This document shows, in pieces, positions 1 to 11,787 of a stretch of DNA of 32,000 nucleotides. How positions within the stretch are numbered: position 1 is the first letter of the stretch; each line of letters opens with the position of its first letter. Where the stretch lies: the NCBI GenBank assembly GCA_942493095.1, contig OW818675.1, positions 570,001-602,000 of the forward strand, in the 5' to 3' direction. The notes beneath the pieces are model-generated. The model saw only the letters and a list, made by a program, of their open reading frames with translations, did not search any database and had not been told where the DNA came from. The translations under genes were made by a program, and so were the position numbers. The stretch is from Candidatus Electronema halotolerans (GTDB taxonomy: Bacteria; Desulfobacterota; Desulfobulbia; Desulfobulbales; Desulfobulbaceae).

Positions 1-1
1 A

Positions 2-295
2 GTGGTGATAGACATGGCTGTGGAAACAGGCGGCAACGTCGAAGGCTCGGAAGTGGATAAAATCACCGAGATCAACGGGGTGCGGGTGCTCGGCTTCGGC
101 TGTCTGCCGGGCCGCTTCGCTGAGACGGCCAGTCAGATGTACTCTGCTAATATTGGCAGCTTTGTCGAGCACTTCTGGGACAAGGAGCAGAAAACGTTCC
201 ATCTCAACCGCAACGACGAGATCATGCAAGGCGCGCTGATCACCCATGAGGGCGAGATTGTCAGCGAAATGTACAAAAGCATCATCAACAAGTGA
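2..295 (+). CDS. pntAA: NAD(P) transhydrogenase alpha subunit part 1, C-terminal fragment (gene begins upstream of the window)
   Basis: The frame is open from the window edge and stops at TGA 293-295. The small membrane alpha-2 subunit and the beta subunit follow directly, in the canonical pntAA-pntAB-pntB order. Confidence 0.8.
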   Translation: MVIDMAVETGGNVEGSEVDKITEINGVRVLGFGCLPGRFAETASQMYSANIGSFVEHFWDKEQKTFHLNRNDEIMQGALITHEGEIVSEMYKSIINK

Positions 296-303
296 GGCAG
301 GCA

Positions 304-606
304 ATGGAAGCGGTCTATTTGAGCTTTATTTTTATTCTGGCGATTTTTCTCGGTTTTGAGCTGATTTCCAAGGTGCCTTCCACCTTGCACACGCCGCTGA
401 TGTCCGGCTCAAACGCCATTTCCGGCATCACCCTGATCGGGGCCATGGCTGCGCTCCAGACTGATATCAACTGGCTCTCGGCCCTGCTCGGCACCGTGGC
501 CGTGGCCTTGGCTGCGATCAACGTTGCAGGCGGCTATCTGGTCACAGACCGGATGCTGGAGATGTTCAAGAAAAAGGAGAAAAACTCTGAGGGAGGCGGC
601 AAGTGA
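304..606 (+). CDS. pntAB: NAD(P) transhydrogenase alpha subunit part 2 (small 3-4 TM membrane subunit)
   Basis: ATG at 304 is preceded by GAGGCAGG; the ORF track begins at an upstream GTG at 292. The motif KVPSTLHTPLMSGSNAISGI is typical of PntAB. The stop overlaps the pntB start (GTGA). Confidence 0.85.
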   Translation: MEAVYLSFIFILAIFLGFELISKVPSTLHTPLMSGSNAISGITLIGAMAALQTDINWLSALLGTVAVALAAINVAGGYLVTDRMLEMFKKKEKNSEGGGK

Positions 607-1979
607 ATCTGTTCATCAACTTCAGTTACATCATTGCGGCAATTCTGTTCATTTTCGGCCTGAAAATGCTCGGCTCGCCCGCCACAGCCCGGCGCGGCAA
701 TCAAATTTCCGCCTTGGGCATGCTGCTGGCGATTGTCGTCACCCTGATGAATTCCGGGCTGGATTACAAGTGGATCATCCTCGGCATCCTGATCGGCAGC
801 GCGATTGGCGTGTATGCGGCAGTCAAGGTGGAGATGACCGCCATGCCGGAGATGGTGGCTCTGTTCAACGGCTTTGGCGGCCTTGCCAGTCTGCTGCTGG
901 CATGGGCTGAGTATAATCAGGAGCCAGACATGCGGCTCTTTATCGCCATAGTCACCTTCCTTTCCGCCCTGATCGGCGGCGTGACCTTCAGCGGCTCCAT
1001 GGTGGCCTTTGGCAAGCTCTCCGGCAAGATCACCCAGAAGGCAGTGGTCTTCACTGGCCAGCACATTGTCAACGGAGCCATCCTTGCCGCCGTCCTGCTT
1101 GCCGCCGCCGTGTTCTGTACTGATCCCGGCTCAGGTCTTGGCTATGCCCTCTTCATCATCATCATCTTAATCTCTCTCGGCTTTGGCATCACCTCCACCA
1201 TTCCCATTGGCGGCGCAGACATGCCGGTGGTGATTTCGCTGCTCAACAGCTATTCCGGGCTGGCCGCCTGCGCTGCTGGTTTTGTCATCTCCAACAAGCT
1301 GCTGATCGTGGCAGGCGCATTGGTCGGGGCTTCCGGCATCATCCTGACCAACATCATGTGCAAGGCCATGAACCGCTCCTTGGCCAATGTCCTCTTTTCC
1401 GGCTTTGGCAGCACCATTGCCAAAAGCGGCGGCCACAGCGCGCAGGGTGAAGTCCGGCCCGCTTCGGCAGAGGATGTCTATTATATTCTGGAGGCGGCAG
1501 ACTCGGTGGTCTTTGTCCCTGGCTATGGTCTGGCTGTGGCGCAGGCCCAGCATGTGGTCCGCGAGCTGGGAGAGCTACTGGAGAAGAACGACACTGAAGT
1601 CAGCTACGCCATTCACCCGGTGGCAGGCCGGATGCCTGGTCACATGAATGTGCTGCTCGCTGAGGCCAATGTGCCTTATGATCAGCTTGTGGAAATGGAT
1701 GACATCAACCCGCGCATGGACAGTGTTGATGTCTGTGTGGTGATCGGCGCGAACGACGTGGTCAACCCGGCAGCCCTGAACGACAAGTCCAGTCCGATCT
1801 ATGGCATGCCGATCATTGAAACCCACCGGGCGCGGACGGTCATTGTCCTCAAACGCTCGATGAACCCCGGTTTTGCCGGCATTGAGAACGCTCTCTTTTT
1901 TGGCAGCAACACCCGCATGTATTTCGGCGATGCTAAAGAGTCGATTCAGGCTTTGCTGGCTCAGTTCAAGAGCAACTGA
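603..1979 (+). CDS. pntB: NAD(P) transhydrogenase beta subunit
   Basis: 458 aa with a GTG start overlapping the pntAB stop. The N-terminal half is multi-TM. The C-terminal NADP(H)-binding domain carries YAIHPVAGRMPGHMNVLLAEA and GANDVVNP. Confidence 0.93.
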   Translation: MNLFINFSYIIAAILFIFGLKMLGSPATARRGNQISALGMLLAIVVTLMNSGLDYKWIILGILIGSAIGVYAAVKVEMTAMPEMVALFNGFGGLASLLLAWAEYNQEPDMRLFIAIVTFLSALIGGVTFSGSMVAFGKLSGKITQKAVVFTGQHIVNGAILAAVLLAAAVFCTDPGSGLGYALFIIIILISLGFGITSTIPIGGADMPVVISLLNSYSGLAACAAGFVISNKLLIVAGALVGASGIILTNIMCKAMNRSLANVLFSGFGSTIAKSGGHSAQGEVRPASAEDVYYILEAADSVVFVPGYGLAVAQAQHVVRELGELLEKNDTEVSYAIHPVAGRMPGHMNVLLAEANVPYDQLVEMDDINPRMDSVDVCVVIGANDVVNPAALNDKSSPIYGMPIIETHRARTVIVLKRSMNPGFAGIENALFFGSNTRMYFGDAKESIQALLAQFKSN

Positions 1980-1985
1980 CTGACA

Positions 1986-2015
1986 GCGGCAGGGAGCGGA
2001 TTCCGCCCCTGCCGC
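1986..2015. terminator. GC-rich hairpin between convergent pntB and the sensor kinase (possible bidirectional terminator)
   Basis: A 9-bp stem, gcggcaggg (1986-1994) pairing with ccctgccgc (2007-2015), lies between two convergent stop codons. There is no clean U-run. Confidence 0.4.
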
Positions 2016-2024
2016 CCTTCCTTG

Positions 2025-5000
2025 TCAGTCGCCGCAGTCAAGAATGGCCTCGCGCCGGACCGCAGTCAGCACGCTCTCCTCAGACTCCTCCCCGCAGACT
2101 CCGGCCATCGCCATGCAGCGGGACATGACCTGATACATCTCTCTGGCATCAAACGGTTTGCCAATATGCTCGCTCATGCCTGCGGCCCGGCTCTTTTCCC
2201 GGTCCGCAGCCATGACATTGGCGGTCAGGGCGATGATGGGCAGATTCTTGTGCTGCGGCATCTTTTTGATGGCCGCACAGGCACTGTAGCCGTCCATGAC
2301 CGGCATCTGAATGTCCATCAGCACGCAGTCAAACGCCTCCTGCTCCAGTTTGGCCAGGGCCTCGGCCCCGTTGTTGGCCACAGTCACTTTGATGTCCTTG
2401 CGGCAGAGAAGGATTTTGGCCAGCTCCTGATTGAGCTGATTGTCCTCAACCAGCAGGACCTTTTTGCCATTCAGGCAGCACGACCCGACATCGCCTGTTT
2501 CACCCTGCCCGTGCTTCTCCTCCTGCCGGACTGCGGCAAAGGGCAGGACAAAATAAAATTGCGAGCCTTTGCCAGCCTCGCTTTCCAGCCAGATTCTCCC
2601 GCCCATCAGTTCAACAAGCTGCTTGCTGATCGACAGGCCAAGGCCGGTGCCGCCGAAACGCCGGGTGGTGGAGCTGTCTGCCTGACTGAAGGACTGAAAG
2701 AGCTTGCCCTGCTGCTCCGGGGTCATGCCAATGCCAGTGTCAGCCACGCAGAACTGGAGGACAATCCGGTTCCCGTCCTCTTCCTGCCGCAGCCGCTCCA
2801 CAGTGACATTCACTCCGCCCTCATGAGTGAATTTAACCGCGTTGTTGCCGAGATTGATCAGTATCTGGCCAAGGCGGAGCGGGTCGCCCTTGAGCCGGAC
2901 CGGCACGTCCGCAGCCACCTCAATATCCAAATCCAGTCCTTTCTCCTCAGCCCGCAGGCCGATTATATCAGCCAGATTGTCAAAAACCTTTTGCAGGCAG
3001 AAGACGATCTGCTCAATTTCCAGCTTGCCCGCCTCAATCTTGGAAAAGTCAAGGATGTCGTTGATGATGCCGAGCAGGGACTTGGCCGAATAATTAACTT
3101 TTTCAATATAGTTGCGCTGCTCCGGGCGGAGGTCGGTCTCCAAGGCCAGCTCGGACATGCCGATGATCGCATTCATCGGGGTGCGGATCTCGTGGCTCAT
3201 GTTGGCAAGGAACTCAGACTTGGCCTGACTGGCCGCTTCAGCCCGTTCTTGGGCCTCAGCCAGCTTTTGAGTGATGATCTCGTATTCAGTGATATCTTCC
3301 AGAATGCCGTCAATGGCGAGCAGCCGTCCGGCCTGATCCCGCACCGGATGCGAGGAGATGCGGATGGTGCGCAGGCTGCCGTCCGGGTGGATGAACTGCA
3401 TGTCATGCTGAACAAACTCGGTTTTGCCTTCGCGGATGCGGACAAAATGCAGTTCAGCCTGTTCCAAGGATTCAGCGAGCCAATTGATCTTTTCTGTCCA
3501 CGCGCTGCCGTCAGTCAGTGCCTCTTTGTCGCAGCCGAAAACAGAATGCACCCCGTCGCTGGCATAGGTCCATTTTTCGGTCTCAGGCTTCTGGCTGAAA
3601 ACAACAAACTTTTCGCCGATATCGTCCAAGAGCCGCCGATACTTTGCCTTGCTCTCCCGGAGCAGCCGCTCCTCCTCTTTCCGCTGGGTGATATCCTGCA
3701 CCACTTGGATGACCGACCCCTGGCCATCACCGCTGGTGAATTTCGTCGCAGCGGCTTCAAAAATTCTGCCGTCGTGGGTGTTTGGCAGATAACAGATGGT
3801 CTTCTCCTCCTGCAACGCCTCCAGCACCGGAGCGCGGCACCACGGATGATGCCCTTTTTCAAGCAGGCCGCAGCAGTCCGCGCCGGTCAGGTCGCCGAAC
3901 CAGTCCTGCATCACCTGATTCAGATAATGCACCCTGCTGCAATCATCAATGATGATCAGCCCAAGGCCAATCTTGGCCAAGGCGTTGATGACCGCCTCAG
4001 ATTGGGCCTTCTCATTGTTCAGCTCACGGTTGACCTGCTCCAGTTCGGCAAGTTTTGCCTGTAGTTCCGCAGTGCGCTCCCTGATCTGCTCTTCCAGATC
4101 AGTTTTGGCCTGGCGGACTGCGCCTTCAGCTTGGGCCAACTTCCAGGAACTGAAGCAGAGCACCAACGCCAGCAGCATGGCTGCCGCCACTGTTTTCTTG
4201 ATAATCGTGAAGCGGATTTCAGCAATTGCGTTCCGGCTGATATGGGAGACCACCTTCCAGAGACCGTGTCCTTCGTCTTTGCTCTCTGCATTTTTCTGCT
4301 GCATTTGCTGGGCAAAAACCGTGTTCCATGTCCACAGACCGTTTCTGCCCTGCTGATGCCCCTCTTTTTCCTGGAGTATTTCCTGCCAGATGCGCGGATC
4401 GCAGACCTCGCTGTCAGAGAGCGGCTTGGCCCCGGTCAGGAGCGGATCGTCCGCAGCAGTCAGGTTGGCCAGCCGCCAGCCCTCCTTGTTGACCACAGCC
4501 AGATGATCTTTGATTTTCAAGGTGACTTCGCTGAATTCATGGAGCAGCTCCTCAGCTGGCCAGCTGATAAGCAGGACCCCATGCCGTCCGCCCTGGCTGT
4601 CCAGCACTGGCGTGCCTGCCCGCAACGTCGGCGGCTGCGACAGACCATGCGGCTCCAGCTCGGCATCTGGCGGCGAAATAAACATGCTGTTCCGCTCCAG
4701 CCAGGCAGTCTCCATGAAATACAGCTTGTCCGCTCTGTTCTTGAGCTGTTCCTGCACCGCCACCTTTGGCCCGGCAATGGACCAGTCCAGCCGCAGCTGT
4801 TCCATGCCGGTGCTGTCTATCCAGCTGACCTGCTTGTAGCGGCCTCCCTTGCTGATGGCAAAGAGGGCGAAATCCTCAGCCAGCTTGGTCAAGTTTTCCT
4901 GATCAGGCGGAGCGGCCAGCCGCTCCATCAGTCCTTCGTGGGAAGCAAGCTGAAACATGTCAAAGCTGATCTCCCGCAGGCGGCTGGTCAGCAGGCCGGC

Positions 5001-5174
5001 ACCTTGGCCGACATGGAGCACTTCCTGATTTTTCAGGCTGTCCATCTCGCTTTCCAGCTCCAGGCTGGCGTAAAACCATGAACCAGCCAGCAAAACGAGC
5101 AGGGCTGGAATGACCCGCTTGAGAAAGAGCGCGTCATTGATCCATAAAACTGTCTGTTGGTATATCTCCTTCAT
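2025..5174 (-). CDS. hybrid sensor histidine kinase / response regulator (extracytoplasmic sensor domain, TM, coiled coil, PAS repeats, HisKA, HATPase, REC)
   Basis: H-box [15 protein letters not shown]-box [19 protein letters not shown], and a receiver domain with [10 protein letters not shown]...[11 protein letters not shown]...K. The ORF is open to 5219, but MKEIYQQ at 5174 is the more plausible start. Confidence 0.9.
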   Translation of the reverse strand: MKEIYQQTVLWINDALFLKRVIPALLVLLAGSWFYASLELESEMDSLKNQEVLHVGQGAGLLTSRLREISFDMFQLASHEGLMERLAAPPDQENLTKLAEDFALFAISKGGRYKQVSWIDSTGMEQLRLDWSIAGPKVAVQEQLKNRADKLYFMETAWLERNSMFISPPDAELEPHGLSQPPTLRAGTPVLDSQGGRHGVLLISWPAEELLHEFSEVTLKIKDHLAVVNKEGWRLANLTAADDPLLTGAKPLSDSEVCDPRIWQEILQEKEGHQQGRNGLWTWNTVFAQQMQQKNAESKDEGHGLWKVVSHISRNAIAEIRFTIIKKTVAAAMLLALVLCFSSWKLAQAEGAVRQAKTDLEEQIRERTAELQAKLAELEQVNRELNNEKAQSEAVINALAKIGLGLIIIDDCSRVHYLNQVMQDWFGDLTGADCCGLLEKGHHPWCRAPVLEALQEEKTICYLPNTHDGRIFEAAATKFTSGDGQGSVIQVVQDITQRKEEERLLRESKAKYRRLLDDIGEKFVVFSQKPETEKWTYASDGVHSVFGCDKEALTDGSAWTEKINWLAESLEQAELHFVRIREGKTEFVQHDMQFIHPDGSLRTIRISSHPVRDQAGRLLAIDGILEDITEYEIITQKLAEAQERAEAASQAKSEFLANMSHEIRTPMNAIIGMSELALETDLRPEQRNYIEKVNYSAKSLLGIINDILDFSKIEAGKLEIEQIVFCLQKVFDNLADIIGLRAEEKGLDLDIEVAADVPVRLKGDPLRLGQILINLGNNAVKFTHEGGVNVTVERLRQEEDGNRIVLQFCVADTGIGMTPEQQGKLFQSFSQADSSTTRRFGGTGLGLSISKQLVELMGGRIWLESEAGKGSQFYFVLPFAAVRQEEKHGQGETGDVGSCCLNGKKVLLVEDNQLNQELAKILLCRKDIKVTVANNGAEALAKLEQEAFDCVLMDIQMPVMDGYSACAAIKKMPQHKNLPIIALTANVMAADREKSRAAGMSEHIGKPFDAREMYQVMSRCMAMAGVCGEESEESVLTAVRREAILDCGD

Positions 5175-5295
5175 GGCTCTGTCAGGATGGCAAAGGAAGA
5201 TGAGGCGGCAGCAAAACACCTGCCAGCCGGGCAGGATGCCGCACTATGTCATGCTTTGGCGCGGCCCGTCAACATATTTTCCCTGCGCCCGGCAA

Positions 5296-5330
5296 TGAAA
5301 AGGGCAGAATGCTGTGCAGCATCCTGCCCT
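5296..5330 (-). terminator. rho-independent terminator downstream of acs
   Basis: A 14-bp stem (5301-5314 with 5317-5330, one mismatch) is followed on the minus strand by a UUUUCAUU tract. Confidence 0.55.
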
Positions 5331-5369
5331 GAACCGGCCCGCCATCAGCCGGAAATGCCCTGCAACCGC

Positions 5370-7352
<1,983 letters not shown>

Positions 7353-7670
7353 GATTTCCTCCTTTAAAACAGCAGTTGAATGATTGCGGATGAAGATCGC
7401 CCGCCCGGAGCGGCGGCAGGCTGTCAGACATGATGCAGGTAAGGTAAGCGAATTGCAGCTCTCTTGTCAAGCCGGAGCCGCCGATCAGCACACCGAGACA
7501 GCGTTTTTTTTTGCGAGCAGATGAATCATTGTCTCATCGGGGAAGAGCCGTCATCCTCTTTTCTTTAGCATGTTTGCCCGCAAAAAGCATCATTTTTTCG
7601 GGAGGAGCAGAGGCGGGAAGGATGCAAGGTTGACGGCGGCACTGCGGAAGGCGGAAAGGCTGGACAGACC

Positions 7671-8207
7671 TCAGGAAGACTCCTGCTCTTTGTTCTCCTG
7701 CAAACGCAGGTTGACTTCCTCCAACATGCCTTTCGCCCATTGCCGGGTCGTGCTCTCTGGCGGCAGTTCCAAGCGCATTATTTGGCGCAGGCATTGCTTC
7801 GCACCTCTGAGGTCGGCAAAGCCTTCATGCAAAATCTGGGCCTTGAGCAGCAGAGCCTCGGCATGTTCCGGCATCTGCTCCAAAATGAAATCCGCCGTCT
7901 GCAAGGCTTCGGCAAAGCGTTTCTCCGACTTCAAATACCTGCATTTGTTCAGTTCGCCTGCAAGCTGCTCTGTCAGCGTGGCTGATCTTCCTCCTCCACT
8001 GTACATTGATACGAAAAAATTTGCTGTCCAATTAATAACCAGCATTATTGGCAAAGGTAGAATAAAATTTATAGGGATCATTATCAAAATGAGCTTAAAG
8101 CTGCCAAACCAGTAAAGATATGCTATGCCAAGAAAAATAGAAGGATAGAGCATCCAGAGAAATATCCGCAGATATTGTGACCTTAGAAAGGAGTCAATGT
8201 CTTTCAT
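7671..8207 (-). CDS. hypothetical membrane protein with a TM-rich N-terminal half and a helical TPR-like C-terminal half
   Basis: The start is taken at MKDIDSF (ATG 8207), which overlaps the stop of the upstream ORF as ATGA. Hydrophobic helices are followed by an AEALLLKAQIL-type helical repeat. Confidence 0.55.
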   Translation of the reverse strand: MKDIDSFLRSQYLRIFLWMLYPSIFLGIAYLYWFGSFKLILIMIPINFILPLPIMLVINWTANFFVSMYSGGGRSATLTEQLAGELNKCRYLKSEKRFAEALQTADFILEQMPEHAEALLLKAQILHEGFADLRGAKQCLRQIMRLELPPESTTRQWAKGMLEEVNLRLQENKEQESS

Positions 8208-9166
8208 GCTGGCTCCAGAATGCCAAGAACTGTTTTCCTGTCCGATGATGGACAGATTTGCGCCGTCGCAGGCAGCAGATGCACGGTGAGGCGGCATCTG
8301 CCGTGCGCTGCTGCCGGATAATGCTGCTCAAGCAGAGCCTCCCATTCCTCTTGATTGAAAGAGGTCGGCAGATCATTGATCATCTCCGCTGCTGCTTGAC
8401 GGAATTTCTTCTGTCCGCCTGCAACATCATCACCTGCCGGACGCGCAGGCAATGACAGCGTCAGAATTTGCCGCGCTTCGGTGTTTTTCTCTTCAACGAG
8501 AGCGTCAAAAGCGTCATGGTCAGCAGTGATGAACAAATTGGAAAGCAGCGGGCCGCTGCTGGCGGCAAGCAGCTTCTGCCACGCCTTGAGCAACAGACGG
8601 CTGCGCCTGCTCTCATGCGGCCTGTCCCAGTCAGGTGAAGGTGAGGCGGCAGGATGCTCATCCCGCAGAGCCTCAAGCAGCTCCTGTTCCCGCAGCGTAA
8701 CCCGGCGCAGGCTCTGACGGATTTCCGCCTCCTCCTGCTCGACCAGTTCCCCCAGCTTCAGCACCAAGCGCGCCTGCCAGAGAGCAGCGGCCCGTTCCTG
8801 CTCGGCCTTGCTTTCGGTTGTGCCGCTGCGCGCCTGCCGTATCGCACTGATGATCGCACTTTTGCTTTCCGCTGCCTGAGATGCGCCGAAACCGGACAAG
8901 GCCAGCCCGGCATAGTCAGCAGGCCGCTGGCGCAGCTCCCTGACCATGCTGAGGAAACGCTCCCGGTCTTTGCCCAGCGGGGCCGGACAGTGAAAACGGA
9001 GCAGTCCTTGGGCGAGCAGCTCCTCAGCCAAAGGCGGCAGAGGTGCTGGCAGGTCGTTTTCCACAGGCGCAAGGTGGACAGTTTGGCGAAAAAGCTGTAC
9101 AACAGGGAACAGCATGTCGTCCTTGGGCCGGGTGTCCGGGAAAATATACGCGAGTTCCGCAAGCAT
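8204..9166 (-). CDS. hypothetical protein, Glu/Arg/Leu-rich with a coiled-coil-like centre
   Basis: A long minus-strand ORF is open to 9451, but the 5' part is antisense to a better-looking plus-strand membrane ORF. I therefore place the start at an internal Met (9166 or 9115). I recognise no family motif. Confidence 0.5.
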   Translation of the reverse strand: MLAELAYIFPDTRPKDDMLFPVVQLFRQTVHLAPVENDLPAPLPPLAEELLAQGLLRFHCPAPLGKDRERFLSMVRELRQRPADYAGLALSGFGASQAAESKSAIISAIRQARSGTTESKAEQERAAALWQARLVLKLGELVEQEEAEIRQSLRRVTLREQELLEALRDEHPAASPSPDWDRPHESRRSRLLLKAWQKLLAASSGPLLSNLFITADHDAFDALVEEKNTEARQILTLSLPARPAGDDVAGGQKKFRQAAAEMINDLPTSFNQEEWEALLEQHYPAAAHGRCRLTVHLLPATAQICPSSDRKTVLGILEPA

Positions 9167-9169
9167 GAG

Positions 9170-9520
9170 ATGAAAACCATTCAAGAAAAGATTACATTTG
9201 TCTTTGCCGCCCTGCTCTATTTCCTCTTTCATCTGCGGGGCGGGGCTGATGCCGGGGAAATGCTGATCGGCACAGCCGCGCAGCTGCTGACCACTCTGCC
9301 CTACTGCATCGGCTTCACGTTTATTGCAGTGCGGATTGTCCAATATCTGCACCACGGCAAAAAATTGCGCTGGGACCGGATTGCCCGCATTTTTTTCACC
9401 ATCGGCATATTGTTCGGCTTCTTTTTTGCCCTGTATGAATATGCCGAACAAGGTCAGCCGCAGCAGGTTTCTTCAATCAGCAGCGCAGCCGCCAATGCTT
9501 CAGCCCAGTTCAGCAAGTGA
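9170..9520 (+). CDS. small hypothetical membrane protein (about 116 aa, 3 predicted TM helices)
   Basis: MKTIQEKITFVFAALLYFLF... has three clear hydrophobic helices. Third codon positions (gcc, ctg, ggc, atc, ttc) match the host bias seen in pntB. Confidence 0.5.
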   Translation: MKTIQEKITFVFAALLYFLFHLRGGADAGEMLIGTAAQLLTTLPYCIGFTFIAVRIVQYLHHGKKLRWDRIARIFFTIGILFGFFFALYEYAEQGQPQQVSSISSAAANASAQFSK

Positions 9521-9544
9521 AATGTATGCACTGCCGCAACTTCA

Positions 9545-10630
9545 TCAATCATACTTGCATCTCTTGTCTTTTACATTCTTTTTTGCCGACTTGATATATT
9601 TGCCAAAATCACGATCTTTCCTTCTCTTCTCAAGGTATGACATCTGCTGAAACGTGGACTCTGCGCGGAGTTTCAGATAATTTTCAAGGTGCTCCCGACC
9701 TATTTCGCCAGAATCTACAGCCGCAAGCACGGCGCAGCACGGCTCGCCCGCATGGCTGCAATCTCGATAACGGCAGCTTGAGGCAAGGGCAGCTATGTCG
9801 GCGTAATTGCTCTCCATGCCGTCTTCCGCGCCGAGGATGCCGAATTCACGCATTCCCGGATTATCAATCACCAGCGCACCGCTTTCGAGGCGAATCAGTT
9901 CCCGGCGAACGGTGGTATGCCGTCCTTCGCCTGTGCCGCTGACCGTCTGGGTTGTCTGCATTTCACGGCCAAGCAAGTGATTGACCAAGGTGCTTTTGCC
10001 AACCCCGGATGAGCCAACAAAGCAATAGGTTTTGCCGGGCAGCAAGAGCTGCTTGAGATCAGCCAAGCCCTCCTGCGTCACGTTGCTCAAGGCAGCTATT
10101 GGCGCGCTGATGCCAGCAGAACGGATTTCCTCTACTTGTGCTGCGAGAACAGCAGGCTCCACCAAGTCGGTCTTGGTGAGCAGGATGCAGGGTTCTGCCC
10201 CGCCATCCCTCACCATGACCAGATAGCGTTCCAGCCGCTTCAGATTGAAATCAAAATGGCAGGACTGAACGATAATCACGCAGTCCATGTTCGCCGCGAT
10301 CATCTGATATTCGACAACATTTCCTGCCGACTTCCTGCGCAGCGAAGTCCTCCGCTCAAGAATCGCGTGGACCATGCCAAAGTCGTCGCTCGGCTGTTTT
10401 TCGCAGCAGACCCAGTCGCCTACGCAGGGCAGCTTGTATGACAGGTGGTGGCGATGCAAATAGCTGCCGCTCACCTTTGCTCTGAACGGGCCGGTTTGAT
10501 TGACGAGCAGCAACTGCTCACGGTCAACGGCGGCAACACGGGCGATGCTGGCTGTTGAACTGCATTCTGCTCGTTGCGCGAACCAGTCGCTCCAGCCAAG
10601 TTCGGTTAAGCAAGTTAGGGGTGAGGGCAT
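9545..10630 (-). CDS. rsgA: ribosome small-subunit-dependent GTPase A
   Basis: Circularly permuted GTPase with NMDCVIIV...LTKTDL preceding the P-loop GSSGVGKSTLVN. The C-terminal zinc motif is CRYRDCSHAGEPCCAV. Confidence 0.9.
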   Translation of the reverse strand: MPSPLTCLTELGWSDWFAQRAECSSTASIARVAAVDREQLLLVNQTGPFRAKVSGSYLHRHHLSYKLPCVGDWVCCEKQPSDDFGMVHAILERRTSLRRKSAGNVVEYQMIAANMDCVIIVQSCHFDFNLKRLERYLVMVRDGGAEPCILLTKTDLVEPAVLAAQVEEIRSAGISAPIAALSNVTQEGLADLKQLLLPGKTYCFVGSSGVGKSTLVNHLLGREMQTTQTVSGTGEGRHTTVRRELIRLESGALVIDNPGMREFGILGAEDGMESNYADIAALASSCRYRDCSHAGEPCCAVLAAVDSGEIGREHLENYLKLRAESTFQQMSYLEKRRKDRDFGKYIKSAKKNVKDKRCKYD

Positions 10631-10635
10631 GGCGG

Positions 10636-11787
10636 TTAATCAAGGGCTACGGATTCATTCTCTTGTTGCTGTTCTTCGTCATCAACGTTAAACTCAACGC
10701 GACTCTGCAAGACGATTTCTTTAATTATTTCTTTGCTTCTTCCTTTTTTCAACGCGAGATCAAACCGGTTCATCAGTTCAGGAATATTGATCACTTCTTC
10801 AATAGAATCCATATATCGTTTAACAATAGCCTTGACCTTATATCGTGCGGCAGCTTGTTCTTGCACTTTTTTCAAAACTTCGGCAACCAGTTGTTCTGTT
10901 TTGACAACAAAGGTAATTGGATACCGTTGAACCTTGTCAATATCCAGAAAATACTTGCCAGCATCTATAGTTTCTGTCACTTGAAAGAACCTGCCAAGCG
11001 GTTTCATCACAAAATCAATGCCGCCATCATTCGCATTGGTTCGACCAGTCTTGTACAGGATAAGGTATTCGGAGTTCAGTTCATCAGGAGACCAACCCCA
11101 ATAAATTTGCTGATCAGCATAGAAATGTTTCAGGATGGCATAGCTGACAATTTCAAAGATTCTCGCATCAGCATTTGGCTGCAAGAGACTACGAATAAAT
11201 TCTATTGCTTGTTCAAAATTTTGTTCTTGAATAGCAATTATTTGCTGGCAGCACGACATGAACGCATCAAACGCATGTTTTCTTGCTTCGATATAAGCAT
11301 CTATGATTTCCTTTACTGCTAAAGCGATATTAACTTGTTTTTTGTTTATCGAAACTATGAGCAGATGCTCATTGATCCAATACCGATTAGTTTCGATATC
11401 GCGAATAATTGGAAGATGCGAGGATGTTGGAAAATATTTTTTGAATTCTTCGTTCAGGCGATGATTAAGCGCATGATTTTGCAGTTTACTTCCAAATGGC
11501 AATTTTCGCTGCCGTTGCAGCAAGATTATGTATTGAGCACCAATATATTCATCGTAATCATTTTTTTCATGAAATCCGTTGGCAATATAATCTTCAATCA
11601 GAACATACAGCGCATAATGATTAGCAAATCCAGCACGGGACTTTGAACCGCGATTTGCTGCTTTTGTCTTTATGTTTAAATATTGAAGCAGCTCACTGCG
11701 GGCTATAAGTTTCTCCGCATGACTGCCGAAATGAGATTTTAATATTGCAAGGATTTTATTTGTAAACTCGTGCCTCAATACTGGCAT
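10636..11787 (-). CDS. putative type II restriction endonuclease (Mrr-cat / PD-(D/E)xK-like core)
   Basis: 383 aa and AT-rich. It overlaps the 3' end of the adjacent methyltransferase by 32 nt. The motif NDGGIDFVMKPLGRFFQVTE resembles the DGGID...Q-x-K nuclease core of Mrr-type enzymes. Confidence 0.6.
   Translation of the reverse strand: MPVLRHEFTNKILAILKSHFGSHAEKLIARSELLQYLNIKTKAANRGSKSRAGFANHYALYVLIEDYIANGFHEKNDYDEYIGAQYIILLQRQRKLPFGSKLQNHALNHRLNEEFKKYFPTSSHLPIIRDIETNRYWINEHLLIVSINKKQVNIALAVKEIIDAYIEARKHAFDAFMSCCQQIIAIQEQNFEQAIEFIRSLLQPNADARIFEIVSYAILKHFYADQQIYWGWSPDELNSEYLILYKTGRTNANDGGIDFVMKPLGRFFQVTETIDAGKYFLDIDKVQRYPITFVVKTEQLVAEVLKKVQEQAAARYKVKAIVKRYMDSIEEVINIPELMNRFDLALKKGRSKEIIKEIVLQSRVEFNVDDEEQQQENESVALD

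Noticed and set aside
2022-4064. 680-aa plus-strand ORF
   Set aside because: It is entirely antisense to the sensor kinase, which has unmistakable H-box, G-box and REC motifs. The product is low-complexity (L/R/A/G/Q-rich), as expected for the antisense frame of a GC-rich gene.
4131-5081. 316-aa plus-strand ORF
   Set aside because: It is antisense to the sensor domain of the same kinase gene. It has no motifs and the same low-complexity character.
8654-9169. Upstream extension of the plus-strand ORF 8654-9520
   Set aside because: The N-terminal 172 codons are R/Q/L-rich junk antisense to a more protein-like minus-strand frame. Only the part from the Met at 9170 looks like a real membrane protein.
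10555-11322. 255-aa plus-strand ORF in the AT-rich island
   Set aside because: It is antisense to the putative restriction endonuclease and overlaps the rsgA start. The sequence is F/N/I/L-rich, typical of chance ORFs in AT-rich DNA, and it would break the M-R gene pairing.
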